From assembly GCA_030295235.1 (NCBI GenBank), contig AP026164.1, forward strand, positions 868,001-932,000: DNA of 64,000 bases. The letters are read 5' to 3'. This stretch comes from Fistulifera solaris. Lineage: Eukaryota. The position numbers and the translations under genes were made by a program. Below the pieces are notes generated by a model. The model ran no database searches. It saw nothing but the letters and a program-made list of their open reading frames with translations, and was not told where the DNA came from. Below are positions 37,942 to 50,148 of this stretch, in pieces (within the stretch, counting starts at the first letter, position 1; each line of letters starts with the position of its first letter).

Positions 37942-38674
37942 TCAAGGACTAGCTCCGTTCTTGAGCAAATCCAGCTTTCTGTAAACTTCATCGATTTTGG
38001 TCCCTTGTGGCATGGTAATTTCCTCGCCCAAGATAATTTGTAAGACACTTGCAGTCGTATCGTAAAACTTTTCGTTTTCAGCGCGCCGGTTGCCCATAAC
38101 AGCGCCTTCTAGTGTGAGACCTCCAAACAGGCCCTTTGTGAAAGCGATGCTTACAGTTCCTCCTACACCCTTGGTGCTGCAATTGATGCCGCCGTTGTAA
38201 GATCTGCCCCACTTTACAATCGAAATTTCCGCTTGGGCACCAATCTTCAGACTGTTGTTCACAGCGAGAGCCTCCAATGTCTGTTGGTCCATAATGAAGA
38301 GCATACTCTCTTTCATCGATCCCCCGATTGCGAAACCCCAGCCTGAATGAGAAACGCAAGCAGGTGAATCGTGTTTCATCCCAAAATTCTTCACAAGCTC
38401 TGGAAACGAAAGACTCACCAACTGCTGTCAAACCGATAGCGCAGGGAACTGACCACGAACCGTCTCGTCTTTTCGCCATGAAGATGCCGGATCCCAATTT
38501 TCCTGTGAACGTGAAGCCTGCTTCAATGGAAGATAACAAGATAACACCCTTGCAGTTCTCAAAAGATCTCTGGGAATGCCCCTCGTCTTGGGGGTCCAAT
38601 GCGCGATCTAGAACTTTATCCGCTCTCCAGATCATGCCTGGCATGGTTAAGCGACTAGGTGGTTTTTCGGGCAT
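37942..38674 (-). CDS. SYLF/Ysc84 actin- and lipid-binding domain protein (copy 1)
   Basis: CKGVILL, AGFTFTGKLGSG, WSVPCAI, GWGFAIGG, KGLFGGLTLEG and NEKFY. Intron 38418-38343; C-run frameshift near 38580. Confidence 0.88.
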
Positions 38675-39363
38675 CGTGTTTGCTCTTCTCCTTGAATAAT
38701 GATCAGCGCGGAAGAGCGAATGAATCCTCCTTTGCGTTGTGGAACTCGATAAATTTCCAATTTTTCTTCGGGGTTCGCAAACGGTTCGACATTTTGAGAC
38801 GAGGGTCACCAACTTCTGTAGAGCGAAACAATTATTCACCTGGTACCTGGTACCTAGAATACAGAATTTAAAGTCGCTCTCGCGATGGTAAAGTGCAACG
38901 CGGGTTAATATTTACTATTCTTTCGTCGGTACCATAAAACGGGTAATTTCCGTCGACACCAATACTTTCTACATCTATTCACACGTCTCAAGACAGTTGT
39001 GAAGTGAGTCAAAATTCAAAGCCATGAAAGCACAACGTGACGGGACTTGGTATTATTACAGGATTGTCAAGCATCCAGTCGGTGCTGCATTAACAAACTG
39101 TTCAGCCAGACAAGGAAGCAGTGTCTCTCACAATAAGATTTATTTAGGAACAGAGGTTCTTCGGGAATCAGCAAGCTCGCTGCTGCTGCCACTGCTCTGC
39201 AACGCCCTTTAGTCCTTGTTTCGCATTCAATATTGTGAACGCGACCAGCAGAGTCCATCAAGGTAAATCTAAACTTAATCTATGTTGGGTTCTTAAATTG
39301 ACATCTCAAACACTTTTATTTCTCATTCATTGTTTGACGAATAGAGAAAATGTTGCCTGACAA

Positions 39364-40106
39364 CTACGTTCTCTCGACGCTTCCCACGTTCTTGAGCACG
39401 TCCAATTTTCTGTACACTTCGTCGATCTTTGTACCTTGGGGCATGGCAACCTCTTCGTCCGTGACAATTTGCAAGACACTTGCATTCGTTCCATAGAAAT
39501 TTTCATTGACTGAGCGCCGGGCGCCTACCACGGCGCCTTCAAGTGTAAGGCCTCCAAACAAACCCTTTGAGAAGGCTAGACTAACAGTTCCTCCATAGCC
39601 GGATGGGCTACAATTTAAGGCAAGATTATAAGACCTTCCCCATTTGAAGAGCGTTAGCTCGGCCTGTGCACCAAGCTTTACACCGTTGTTTACAGCGAGG
39701 GCTTCCAAAGTTTGTTGGTCCATGATGAAGATCATGCTTTCTTTCAACGATGCTCCGATGACAAATCCCCCACCTGAGTTTGCAATATAACATGGTTAAT
39801 AAAGAGACACTTTCAGTTCACCAAATCGCAGTTCGAATTAGGGACTAACCTACTGATGTCAAACCGATGGCACTGGGAATCGACCACGAACCGTCCCTTT
39901 TCTTGACCAAGAATATGCCGGTTCCCAACTTTCCCGTAAACGTGAATCCTGCCTCAATAGACGAAAGTAAGATTACTCCTTTGCACTTGTCAAAAACGTC
40001 CTTTGGAATGCCTCTCTGTTTTGGATCCAAGGCGCGATCCAAGACTTTATCTGCTCTCCAGATCATGGACGTGCATGGACGTGCGAGGAGGAGGTTTTTC
40101 AGGCAT
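39364..40106 (-). CDS. SYLF/Ysc84 domain protein (copy 2)
   Basis: Closely similar to copy 1 (MPEKPP, IWRADKVLDRALDP, SKGLFGGLTLEG). Intron 39849-39774 at the same position; 1-nt frameshift near 40070. Confidence 0.88.
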
Positions 40107-40698
40107 TGTTTCTTTTCTGTGAAAGGAAGTTACCAATTGACCCTTTTGTTTTGAGCGCGATTTGATCTGGGCGTGGTTATTATTGAGTTCTCAAGTGCTT
40201 CGATCATTGGAGAAAAAAGAGTCGCCAAGAAGAGAAAGTTGCGATGATGCTTGTGCTTATTTTTTGAATTGCACGCTTCCTCGTCAAGTTTTCATAGTAC
40301 ATATAAGCGCTGGGCGACTAAGACATCATTATGGAAATCTGATGGAAACAGCATAACATAGGAGTTACGATCGGCATAAAAGCGACCGCCATTGTTCCGA
40401 AGGGGTGTGTTCTTACGCGGTGATGTTCACCTTGAAGCGAACACTATAGTCTGCATCATCGGGGCTGACTCTTCTCGGCTGACCCAGAGAGATCTTCGAA
40501 ATTACACGCTGATGCAATGCTTACCAAATTGTTTTACCGTGATAATAACAATAGCTTTCAACTGTATAGCAAGAGTGCTGGGCAATTGGCCTCGCACCCC
40601 CGTTTCTTGTCATTCCTTTGTGACATGACGTAACTTATGGATTTTAAAAAGAGTTCCTTTAAAAAGGAATGCTTAGTTCTTAGATGTTTCAGATGTTA

Positions 40699-41472
40699 CT
40701 ATCCCTCTCTATGCTCATCAGCTTTTTTACCTTTCTTGAGCATGTTTAGTTTCGTGTGGACGTCGTTTATCTTGGTTTCATCGGGCAAGGCCACTGCACC
40801 CGCAATGATTTCGAATCAACTTGCGCTACGGTTGTAGTAAGCTTCATTTACTGCTTTCTGGCTGCGTATTAAAGCGCCTTCAATGGTGATTCCTCCAAGG
40901 CAACCTTTCAAATAGGCGATACTCAGTGTTCTCCCAGCGGCAGAATTGCTAACATTCACTGAACCGCTCTAAGATCTACCGAAGTTTGCTAGAGTGAATT
41001 CGGCTTGTATTCCAAGCTTATGCCCAGCATCTTGAGCAAGAGCTGTCAAAGTTCCTTGGTCCATCAGAAAGATAACCATATCTTTGATCGATCCTCCACC
41101 AACAAATCCCCATCCTGCTTGTCGAGTTCAACAGTGAAAAAACGCGCATTCTTCAACCAAATGCATCAAGAACACAATTTTCAGAACGACGTACCAACCC
41201 CTGCTATTTCGAAAGCACTTAGACCTGTCAACGAGGCATCACTCCTTTTTGCAAGAAGAATGCCACTTCCAAAACTAATAGTTACAATGAATCCGGCTTC
41301 AATGATAGAAAGATTAAGTATTCCTTTGCATTGTTCACAGAGATCTTTTGGAAGGCCCATCCTGTCGGGATCTAACGCACACCGCAAAATCACATCCGCC
41401 TTTACAATCATGCTTTCCATGGTTGATCGGTCACGTGCTTCTTTGGCTATCTTCGGTCGCTTTGATTTTCAT
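40699..41472 (-). pseudogene. SYLF/Ysc84 domain copy 3, probable pseudogene
   Basis: Same intron position (41194-41115). Exon 2 is collinear with copies 1 and 2 but has in-frame TAG at 40971-40969 (GRSY to GRS*) and TGA at 40818-40816. The conserved W of DGSWS is lost. Confidence 0.75.
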
Positions 41473-42177
41473 GAAGTATACTTTGTACCGGAGTAGCAAT
41501 GTAGCTCGGTGACTCTTCATGCTTCCGATTAATAAGTGCTCAAGCTGAAAGTGTTTTCAAAACGATTTCGATCGAAGACCAAAAGCGTATCGCGGAGTTA
41601 AGACCAGATGAAGTGATTACGTTCTCGACGACTGAACATATCGGAATTCAAGAAAGTCAGCTCCCCGAGATATGTCAATGAAACGTCACTGCATTTTGAC
41701 CATTCTCAGGTTGAAGACGACCCAAAAGAAATCGTAACACAAGGAGACAAAAACAACATGAATGGAGGTATCGCTCACTATTGCCGTCATCTGCCATCAA
41801 GAAAGCGACACTGACTGCGTTATTGGCTACTGAAAGCAACCCATCACGACACCAAGCACAATCGAGGGCCCTTTCTACCCTGCAGGAGGCCCATTTGATC
41901 GTTGACCGGCGTTTGTTACATCCTCACAACCGAATTCGCTCACCGAAAGAATGCAAACAACTTTGACCAACGAGAGGAGTTTAGTAGTAGCATAGTTTCT
42001 TATCAACTTTCAACGTTTCACCTTTCGCCGTAAAGAATCAAGGCGTAAAATGGATCTGTACATGTTGCGACAAGTGCATCATGAAGGGAGCTGTTCGTGC
42101 TTTTGTTAAGCCAAAACAGATGTTGTATTTTTTTCCAATTACAAATACGTGGTAGTGTCTCACCAATAGTACAATTC

Positions 42178-42203
42178 GATTCATGACTGAATGCAGTCGT
42201 GGT
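42178..42203 (+). repeat. Dispersed stem-loop repeat copy
   Basis: GATTCATGACTGAATGCAGTCGTGGT is the reverse complement of the copies at 11247 and 54265, apart from a 1-nt loop deletion. Confidence 0.7.
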
Positions 42204-42378
42204 TACGATCATCCTGAGGACTGAGGAGTCCTCCTCGTCGAGTTTACGTTTTTACAGTTTATTAACTATATAGCGAATACAAGAAACTTAATTGTAAGTC
42301 TTAGTGGTCACGTACTAACAGCAAGAACAAGCGATTGACGATAGATAGAACACAAAAATTTACATCGAGATTATACAT

Positions 42379-45350
42379 CTACAGTAATTCGGACTTGAAA
42401 TCATGATGTTGAGGGGTGTCTTCCACTGCTTCAGGCTCGCGATGCAGATAGTCTGGAGTAAAGGGTTCTTTTCTCCTCAAAAGATTCGAGACAAGAGGTG
42501 CTACCGCAGATAAAACGCTTACCGAGGACCCTGCCTCACTAAATGATCTCGCTCCATAGCCTCCCGAAGAAACACTCCTGGACGCTGAAAACGAATGAGG
42601 GGCTACCGAGTACTGATTTCCACTTCCGCTTGTGGCGGACAAACTTTGGTCGTCGTTGTAAGGTGTTGTTAGTCCATTCGTAAAAGGCACAGTCTCAGAT
42701 CCGTATGAGTAAACAGTTCTTGCAGAGGGCGTGTTGGCATAGGACTGTCGATGGTCAAGCTTTGACGCAGAAATAGTAGGTTGCAACGAGGCTCTCCATT
42801 CGGTCTCTTTGGCAGCCTTCGTCAAAATCTGCCGTTGCTCAGTTGTCAAAAAGTCATTGCGAAATGTCAGCGTCAACGGTCGGCCGCGTGCCTGAATAGA
42901 TTTTCGTATGCTATCAAAAGTCCATCTTCCAACCTCAACCGATACTCCGTCAAATGCTACCAAACGCGCTCCGAGCTTTGGACGAGGGTTTGATCCAGAG
43001 TCATCGAATCCATCGAACCCACAAACAAGAACCGCATCAATTGGCGTGGCTACTGGGCATTGACCTACAGATTCATTGGGTTCTGTTTCATCGCTTTTCG
43101 AAAACGCAGCAACACGGCGCAACTCAGCTGCTGTCTTTTCACCGCCTTTTGCAACGCCAGAAAGATCTGCTGTAACCGCCGCCGTGAGAACACCCTTTGC
43201 TTTCAGTGGCGGGGGCGGAACCCTTTGGAACTGAAGACCGATGCGTCTGCTGTAGAAAGTAAGATGATACACCTGCAGTTCGTCAGTAGCAGAACCCACA
43301 ATTGCTCCGTCATCGGCTCTGCCTTTACGAAATCTCTCAGCAGCTGTCGTTACAACGTCCACCAGAGGACATGAAAGATTTGATGTTGCTTCTCCGTCGG
43401 TTATGTGCGAAGGAAAAGACCGCGTTGCATTTGAAGATGCGGTAAGATTATCATCAGCAAAACTGTCATCTTCGTCCTTATCTAGCAACTCGAGAGGATG
43501 ACGTCGCCTGGGTGATTGATTGAGCGAGTGACATGATCTGGACTTGGAAAGCTTCTCATTCAAGTATGGATTTTCGAAAGGTACATCCGATTCTCCTTCA
43601 TCGCCCGAGACTTCACCTTGCAAGGATGATTGGTCAGCATGATCGAGATCATTTTCTATGTTACTGTCTTCGGATGACTCGTCAAAAAGCGAAAGAAGAT
43701 TTTTTTGAAGCGGGCCACTCTGTGGCGTTTCTTGAGGAACAAGTTGTTCGAGGGAGAAGTCAAATGTGGTCACCTGTTTGATTTCGGAAGGTTTTTCCGA
43801 CGCTGTTATACTCTTCGTGATTGAGTTGGATGTCAAAAATTGTTCGTGCAGTCGAATGGAGGAAAGTAAATGCTCCTCCAGTTCATTTATTAACTTTTCC
43901 TCATCCTCAATTTCAGACGGATCGTCGTGCTGGGGTGCGTTCGCAGAGCGGGGGTCTTTACTCTCATTTTCAAGGGCTTTAGTCGCTTCTATCAGTACTT
44001 TCACTTCCCGCACAAGAACAGCCTTTTTCTTTCTTCTTTTGCTTGACTGATTTACGTAGTGTGCAGTTCTCTTCCCATAGTTTGCATAGGTGTTTCTCTG
44101 CTTTCGCCATTCTTTTCTCCATTTCGACGAGTCGCTCATTCGCGCCATTTAAATCCTCTACCGCGGTGGAAGCTTCTAAAGAAGCCAGGCGATGATGCTC
44201 TACCAATTGGTCACAAGCATTTCGCAGCGAAGTAAAGTGCTCTCCTGCTTCGTGGGAAAAATCGATTTCATTTCCGACATCTTCATCGAGCAATGATTGA
44301 TTTCTTTTGATGGACTCATCTTTGTCGACCACCACTGCCTTTAAAACACTTCCATCTTCCTTCTTTTCTTCGTCTAGGCCTTCCGTAGTTTCCACCATGT
44401 CTTTTCCTGTTTTACAAGTTCCCCCATTTTCGCCGCTCTCATTTTTTATTCCGTCGCTTTCTTTGAGGAGGCTCCTCCGCAGCTTCTCTGTCAGCATTTT
44501 CAACGATTCGTCCAGTTGATGAAAACGTTCTTTCCACATTGCAGCATCTTCCAAAGCACCATCTCGATCCTGCTCCACCAGTTTGAAGTCACGGAGCGCC
44601 GCTTCTAACTCTTTCACTCGACTTTGCAGTGCCGAATTATGACGTTTTTCCTTGGCCAGTGCCGCCTTGCAGACAGACAATCGTTCATGCTGCAATCCCT
44701 CTTTCCATTGCTCAGCCAAGTCCGATGATCGAGCTTCCAAAATAACCTTTCTTCCTCCCTTCCCAACATATCGAGAATCGGTTGGGGTCATTTTCCTCTG
44801 ACTCAATCCAAGATCCTTCTAAATCAAGACAACCCCGCGGCTCGGTATCGGTGGGGGCCAAAAAGTAATATAAAACAGTTCCCGGTTGTAACACGAAAAA
44901 TCTCCGTTTAAAAGCAGGTATATTCGTCCCTAGTTTTTGTAAATATCCAAAGAGTGGAGCATTCTGCTGTCGCGCCAAGGTGACGGCGCTTTGCGCCGAT
45001 GATTCGGAAGGCGGTGTTTGCCCAGGAGGTGGTGTTACGACGAAGCTATCCGGTGTTTCTATAGCGCGTCGTGGACGTATTCTGCTTGCTTTCGCTTGTC
45101 GTGAGTCTGTGCTGTCGATGGATTGCAGAGATGCCGAAGAAAAGGATGCAGCAATGTGCGGTCCATTCGTTGAATTTGCATTTAAATGCAGCCCCGATAC
45201 TTTCTGCGAATCTGGCACCATTCGATAAATTGCATTGCTGTTTGGAGTTTCCCACGATGAAGGTGGTGCATATCTTATTATCGAAGATGGTGTTTCTGTT
45301 GATTGTCGCTGTCTTTGTGTGTTTCGAGTCGAGGAGGACAAATGCGACAT
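42379..45350 (-). CDS. PH domain + coiled coil + C-terminal PDZ-like domain protein
   Basis: PH: GYLQKLG...FKRRFFVL...LYYF...PRGCLDL...LEARS...EQWKEGL. Long coiled coil. PDZ-like IGLQF...GARLVAFDG...RPLTLTFR. Three ORFs joined by frameshifts near 44760 and 44150. Confidence 0.75.
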
Positions 45351-45513
45351 GACAATTCTTCTTCAACAAAGAACAATTTTGAGCCTCTCTGAACACGAGA
45401 CCGTCGGCTGCGATCTTAAAGGATTTTTTGATATTGAAACGTGTCACTTGCGCGTCAATTCAAAGACAAAAGACGCCAAATGGTGCAAAAATCAAGACCT
45501 TTTTGACTTTAGC

Positions 45514-45529
45514 TACCAGGTACCTGGTA
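45514..45529. promoter_or_regulatory. 16-bp perfect palindrome TACCAGGTACCTGGTA in the divergent PH-gene/eRF3 gap
   Basis: Identical 16-mer at 49824-49839. The core TACCWGGTA recurs only outside coding sequence. Confidence 0.55.
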
Positions 45530-46031
45530 TCGTTGTTGCTGGGCGTTATTATTGCGTTCAAAGTCGTCGTCGAAGTTGCTGCGCGCGCAAGCCGACCGCC
45601 TTCAGTTTTGAAAACAAAAGTTGTCGCACCAATGTTGACTGTGTAGTAAACTGTAGACCAGCTTTTTCCAGACCATAACGACGACTCAAATACATTACAG
45701 TCACGGACGTGCTCTGTTCTCGTCCGATCTGATCGGGAAACTGACGGACAGCTGCTGTGGAGTGTGGAGGATCATCAATGGAAGGAGGACGGAGCAAACA
45801 AAGGAGTATAAACCACCGACGTGCGGCTGCAAAGACAGCAACGCTTCAGCTTTCCATTGCACTCCAGTTCATTCCATCCAAAGTCAAATTTCTCGCAAAC
45901 AAAGGGTTGAAGTGATTCTTCGTCAAATAGATTGTGTATTTGTCGAGGAACTTTTGATCTTAATTTGCAGAGACGTCGACGTATTGCTCATCAACTGGAC
46001 TGAAATAATTTGTAAACAAGTACGTGATAAA

Positions 46032-47753
46032 ATGAACCCCCAAGCAACTGAATGGAAACCTTCTGTTGCAGCAGCTCCCTGGACTCCAGGAGGCGGAGTA
46101 TCAGTACCCGCACCTACCCCGAATGCTGCGCCGGAACCAGAATCGAACGAAGACGAGATCGATGAACAAGATCCCCTCTGGCAAGCCGTTCTGAAGATCA
46201 GTGATGGTGACCGAGAGAAGGCCCTCAAACTCATCAACAATCCCGACGAGCTAGCTGCGTATCCCGAGATTCAAAAGATCTTGGAGGAGACTGGCGGAGA
46301 TGCCGCCGAAGATGAAGAAAGTGAACTTGTGCAAGACGTGGAGGAGAAGGCCAAGATCGAAGACTCGATGGAAGATGAGGCAGAATCAGAAGCACCCGCG
46401 AAGCCGGTCAAAGAAGGTGATCCACGCGAGCATTTGAACCTGGTCTTTATCGGGCATGTCGATGCTGGAAAATCCACCTTGTCGGGAAATATCCTTTACT
46501 TGACGGATAATGTGGACAAGCGCACAATCGAACGTTACGAACGCGAAGCCAAAGCTCTAAACCGAGATTCATGGTTTCTGGCTTTTATCATGGATACCGA
46601 CGAAGGTGAGCGAGCAAAAGGTAAAACGGTTGAAGTCGGAAAAGCTCGATTCGAAACCGAAAACAAGCGATACACCATCATGGATGCACCTGGACACAAG
46701 AACTACGTTCCCAACATGATTCAGGGAGCCAGTCAAGCTGACATCGGTATTTTGGTCATTTCGGCTCGAAAGGGTGAATTTGAAACAGGATTTGATAGGG
46801 GTGGTCAGACTCGTGAACATGCTTTGCTGGCAAAGACACTAGGCGTTGATTACCTCATCGTAGCTGTCAACAAAATGGACGAACCCACTGTGAAGTGGAG
46901 CAAAGAACGCTTTGAGGAATGTATTAGTAAAATCCGACCTTACTTGAAATCGTGCGGGTTCACGATCAAAACACAGGTCAAGTTCATTCCCATTTCCGGT
47001 TTAGGAGGAGCGAACGTCAAAGACGAAGTCTCGGAATCTGAATGCAGTTGGTGGAAAGAATTTTACACAACTGGTCAAAATAACACCGACCAGCCGACAC
47101 TTTTCAAGCTACTAGATTCGCTAATCATTCCCGGTAGAGATGCTACTGCTCCAGTTCGCATCCCCGTGTTGGATCGTTACAGTGAGCGTGGAACCATAGC
47201 CATGGGTAAAGTCGAGAGTGGTACTTTACGACCTGGTTCCAAGGTTACCGTTATGCCGACTGGGATGACATACAAAGTGGATGAAGTTTGGGTCAACGAT
47301 GATGAATCGATAGCAGCAGCGCGTCCCGGTGAGAGCGTCCTTGTCAAGTTGAATGGAGCTCGATTAGAAGATATTCGAAAGGGTTACGTTCTGTGTTCTG
47401 ATCCACCCTGTCGCGCAGTTGACAAACTTATCTGCCAGGTTGCCATTATGGATATGCCTGACAATACAAAGATTATGACGGCTGGTTTCCAATGCGTCTT
47501 TCACGCGCACACGTGCGAAGAAGAATGTACGATTACAAGGATTTTCGAAACAACGAATCCAAAGGGTCAGGTCATGAAGGGTGCTCGATTCGCGGGCATT
47601 GGCATGAGGGCTATTGTGATGATCGAATTGAGCCAAAGTACACCACTTGATACCTACGACAACATGCATTTCCTGGGAAGATTTACACTAAGAACCGAGG
47701 GTAAGACTATTGCAATCGGTAAGATCACAAAGCTGCCTCCACCGAGCGCCTAA
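46032..47753 (+). CDS. SUP35: Eukaryotic peptide chain release factor GTP-binding subunit eRF3
   Basis: NLVFIGHVDAGKST, ERAKGKTVEVG, DAPGHKNYVPNMIQGASQAD, NKMD and LGRFTLRTEGKTIAIGK. N-terminal PAM2-like MNPQATEWKP. Confidence 0.95.
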   Translation: MNPQATEWKPSVAAAPWTPGGGVSVPAPTPNAAPEPESNEDEIDEQDPLWQAVLKISDGDREKALKLINNPDELAAYPEIQKILEETGGDAAEDEESELVQDVEEKAKIEDSMEDEAESEAPAKPVKEGDPREHLNLVFIGHVDAGKSTLSGNILYLTDNVDKRTIERYEREAKALNRDSWFLAFIMDTDEGERAKGKTVEVGKARFETENKRYTIMDAPGHKNYVPNMIQGASQADIGILVISARKGEFETGFDRGGQTREHALLAKTLGVDYLIVAVNKMDEPTVKWSKERFEECISKIRPYLKSCGFTIKTQVKFIPISGLGGANVKDEVSESECSWWKEFYTTGQNNTDQPTLFKLLDSLIIPGRDATAPVRIPVLDRYSERGTIAMGKVESGTLRPGSKVTVMPTGMTYKVDEVWVNDDESIAAARPGESVLVKLNGARLEDIRKGYVLCSDPPCRAVDKLICQVAIMDMPDNTKIMTAGFQCVFHAHTCEEECTITRIFETTNPKGQVMKGARFAGIGMRAIVMIELSQSTPLDTYDNMHFLGRFTLRTEGKTIAIGKITKLPPPSA

Positions 47754-47852
47754 ATAAAAATGGATCATGATCTATCTATAAGAGTATGATTAAGTTGGTT
47801 AATTAAAACTTCAGTAGCAAAAGTCTACACAGGAATAAATGGCATTCAACAA

Positions 47853-49591
47853 CTATTTGCCACTGTAAAACATGCAAGTCTTCTTGCATTTCTTCAGACC
47901 ACAACCTTGACATGTTCCTGAAGATGATTTTGTGCTGAGCCGCTGCTTCTCACGTTGAATTTCTTCCTCCTTTTTCTTTTCGGCTGCCTCTTTAGCTGCG
48001 ATCAAATCCAGTTCACGTTGAGCATCCATAGCCTCCTTAAAACGTTTTCGCTCTTCTTCTTCTTTTTTGGCCTGTTCTTCTTCTTTCCTTTGCGCTTCTA
48101 GTCGCTCGGCTTCAATTCGTTTTTGCTCTGCTTCGACTCGTGCTTGTTCAGATTCCATAAGCTCCGCTTGTTGCGCAGAATCAGAGGTACTAGTCGTTGT
48201 GTTTGTAGTGACTGTCCTATCGCCATCTGTCTGAGTTTGAGCAGCGAGGGCATATGAGTCTCCCAGGGCCTTGGTTAAATTGGCTAACGCCTTGAGTGCT
48301 TCATCGCGGATTTCCTCAAATTGAACATTTGTCGCTACTTTTTTGAGTTCGGGAACCAATAAACTACCAAAAGGAGCAATCGACTCTGGTGAAATCACCA
48401 GTTTGGACATGTTGCTGATAACCAAACAAGCTTGTCGCTTGTGGATCGCCAATTTTTCTTTCAAGGCACGCGCAAGCACCGGACACAAAAGGGCAAGAGT
48501 ACTGGCATCGACAGGCACAACAAAAGTAGTCCCCATGAGCTCCGATACGGCCTTGTTCGTATCCGCCGGCTTGCAAATGGCGTTCACTATCGCCGGTATG
48601 GCGTTCTTGATATCCTGATTTGTGTTGGTATTACAAACAGCCAGAAGCGTCGACTTCGTAGCCTTCGCTACCTGGGGTTTGGTGTCAAAGACTTGATCGG
48701 TCAAGGCAGGAATAAGTTTCGGAATCAGCTTATAAACTTGATACGAAGCATTCACCTTCGCACACTGTTCTAATCGCTCCAGTGCAGTAGTTTTAACGCG
48801 CCATTCCGTAGACTTGAGCGATTGCAAGAGCAGAGGACAAAGGACAGCAGGAAAGGCCCAAGGGTGAGCCATTGATATAATGGCACTAGTAGCATCTTCG
48901 GCAGCTTGACGAACGGAACTAGAAGCACTACCGCACTCATCCAATGATGCCGCGAGAAACGCACCCACCACAAAGGGCTCGGCAAGTTTTCCGACAATCT
49001 CACAAAGAGCACGGATCACCAACAAGGAACCTTCTCTAGCATTTGCTGGAGTCGACTTTCCTCTTTTGAGTCTGTTCCGAGCGAGCCAGCAGTAGTTGCT
49101 TCTGTTTCCATACTAGCAAGACTCAGGGCTGACATGCTGGGCCTTAATCCACCCTCGACCGGGTCGCTCACATGATTGACAAACAGCTTATCAATCCCGT
49201 CTGGAAAGAGAGCCAATTGCATCTTTTCAATAATTTGACATTCCTTGAGAACAAATGCCACCCCCAATTCTTTGGCGGCCACGGCGACATCGGCAGCGGC
49301 GCCAGCTCTGTCTTTCGTGGTGCTAGCAGCATGCGGAGTCGAGATGTTTTTGACGATTGATTCTTCCCCCAAAGCTTTTTGAAAATGATCGAAAACGAAA
49401 CTCTTCTGTTCCTCTTTACTTTTTGAAAGCAAAGACGCGACAGTTTCGGGGGATGCGAGGGCCGATGGTTTCAAAGGCGGAGCCGAACCACGATGTCCCC
49501 CGACTGCCGCCGACGGCTTGCCTGTTGCGACCTTGGGAGGAGGCGCAGTCTTCTTGACAGAAATTTTTGTTGAAGCGTTGATCTCTACCAT
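47853..49591 (-). CDS. eEF3/New1-like HEAT-repeat protein lacking ABC domains, with coiled coil and Cys-cluster tail
   Basis: WRVKTTAL, LIPALTDQVFDTK, TTFVVPVDASTLALLCPVLARALKE and KRQACLVISNMSKLV...APFGSLLVPEL match the eEF3 N-terminal HEAT domain. Frameshift near 49060. Stop follows CQGCGLKKCKKTCMFYSGK. Confidence 0.8.
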
Positions 49592-49823
49592 ATTAACTTG
49601 GTTAAGTAATCGTCTATAATACCTGCAAGAACAATGCGAAGGGCTAACAATTAGTGTCGTTCTATTGTTGTTGGTGGTGTGCGTCTTTTTTCTTTTTCTT
49701 CCTCGTCACACATCTCGTCGCGAGATTAATTGGTCCAAAAGCCGTGCGGATTAAAAGGGGACTGAAATCAAGTCCCAGTTGTCGTCCGTCATTTTGATGC
49801 AGAAGACGACGACCTCACTCCTC

Positions 49824-49839
49824 TACCAGGTACCTGGTA
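49824..49839. promoter_or_regulatory. 16-bp perfect palindrome TACCAGGTACCTGGTA in the divergent eEF3-like/PP2C gap
   Basis: Identical to 45514-45529. Confidence 0.55.
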
Positions 49840-50148
49840 CTAGAGTGTATTAAACAAAAAGTAGACAACCCACGGCTCACACTGAATGTCTTTACGGTTA
49901 TAATTTACTAAGCAAAAACCGTCTCACGTCTCGCTGACGCCTTCTTGAACCGATGCCTCCTGGCTCGCAAAAGGACACCAACTCAATCCAAATCCCCCCC
50001 CCCCCCCACCCCGGCCTTCAAATTAAGTGTCACGGAACGAGATAACGCAACTTACGTCGCATTATCTTCGTTTCTCGCGAGAAGAGGTGTCTGCTGCTTT
50101 AGCTACAGTGTGAAGTGTGCTTCCGATCAACTATTGTTAATCTGCAAA

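Noticed and set aside
40816..40971. In-frame TAG/TGA in SYLF copy 3 as stop-codon reassignment or selenocysteine
   Set aside because: Both codons terminate other genes in the window, the aligned residues are Tyr and Val, and the copy has lost other conserved residues.
41500..42370. Possible small gene between the SYLF array and the PH-domain gene
   Set aside because: Only short ORFs without motifs or credible start codons.
45710..45745. Short 5S-rRNA-like words (also 25785-25810)
   Set aside because: Only 10-15 nt of resemblance; the rest of the 5S sequence and structure is absent. No tRNA or rRNA gene was recognised in the window.
45762..46031. N-terminal ORF extensions from GTG/TTG or upstream starts (eRF3, PP2C, WW genes, SGT1, PPR)
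   Set aside because: Artefacts of prokaryote-style ORF calling; downstream ATGs give sensible N-termini.
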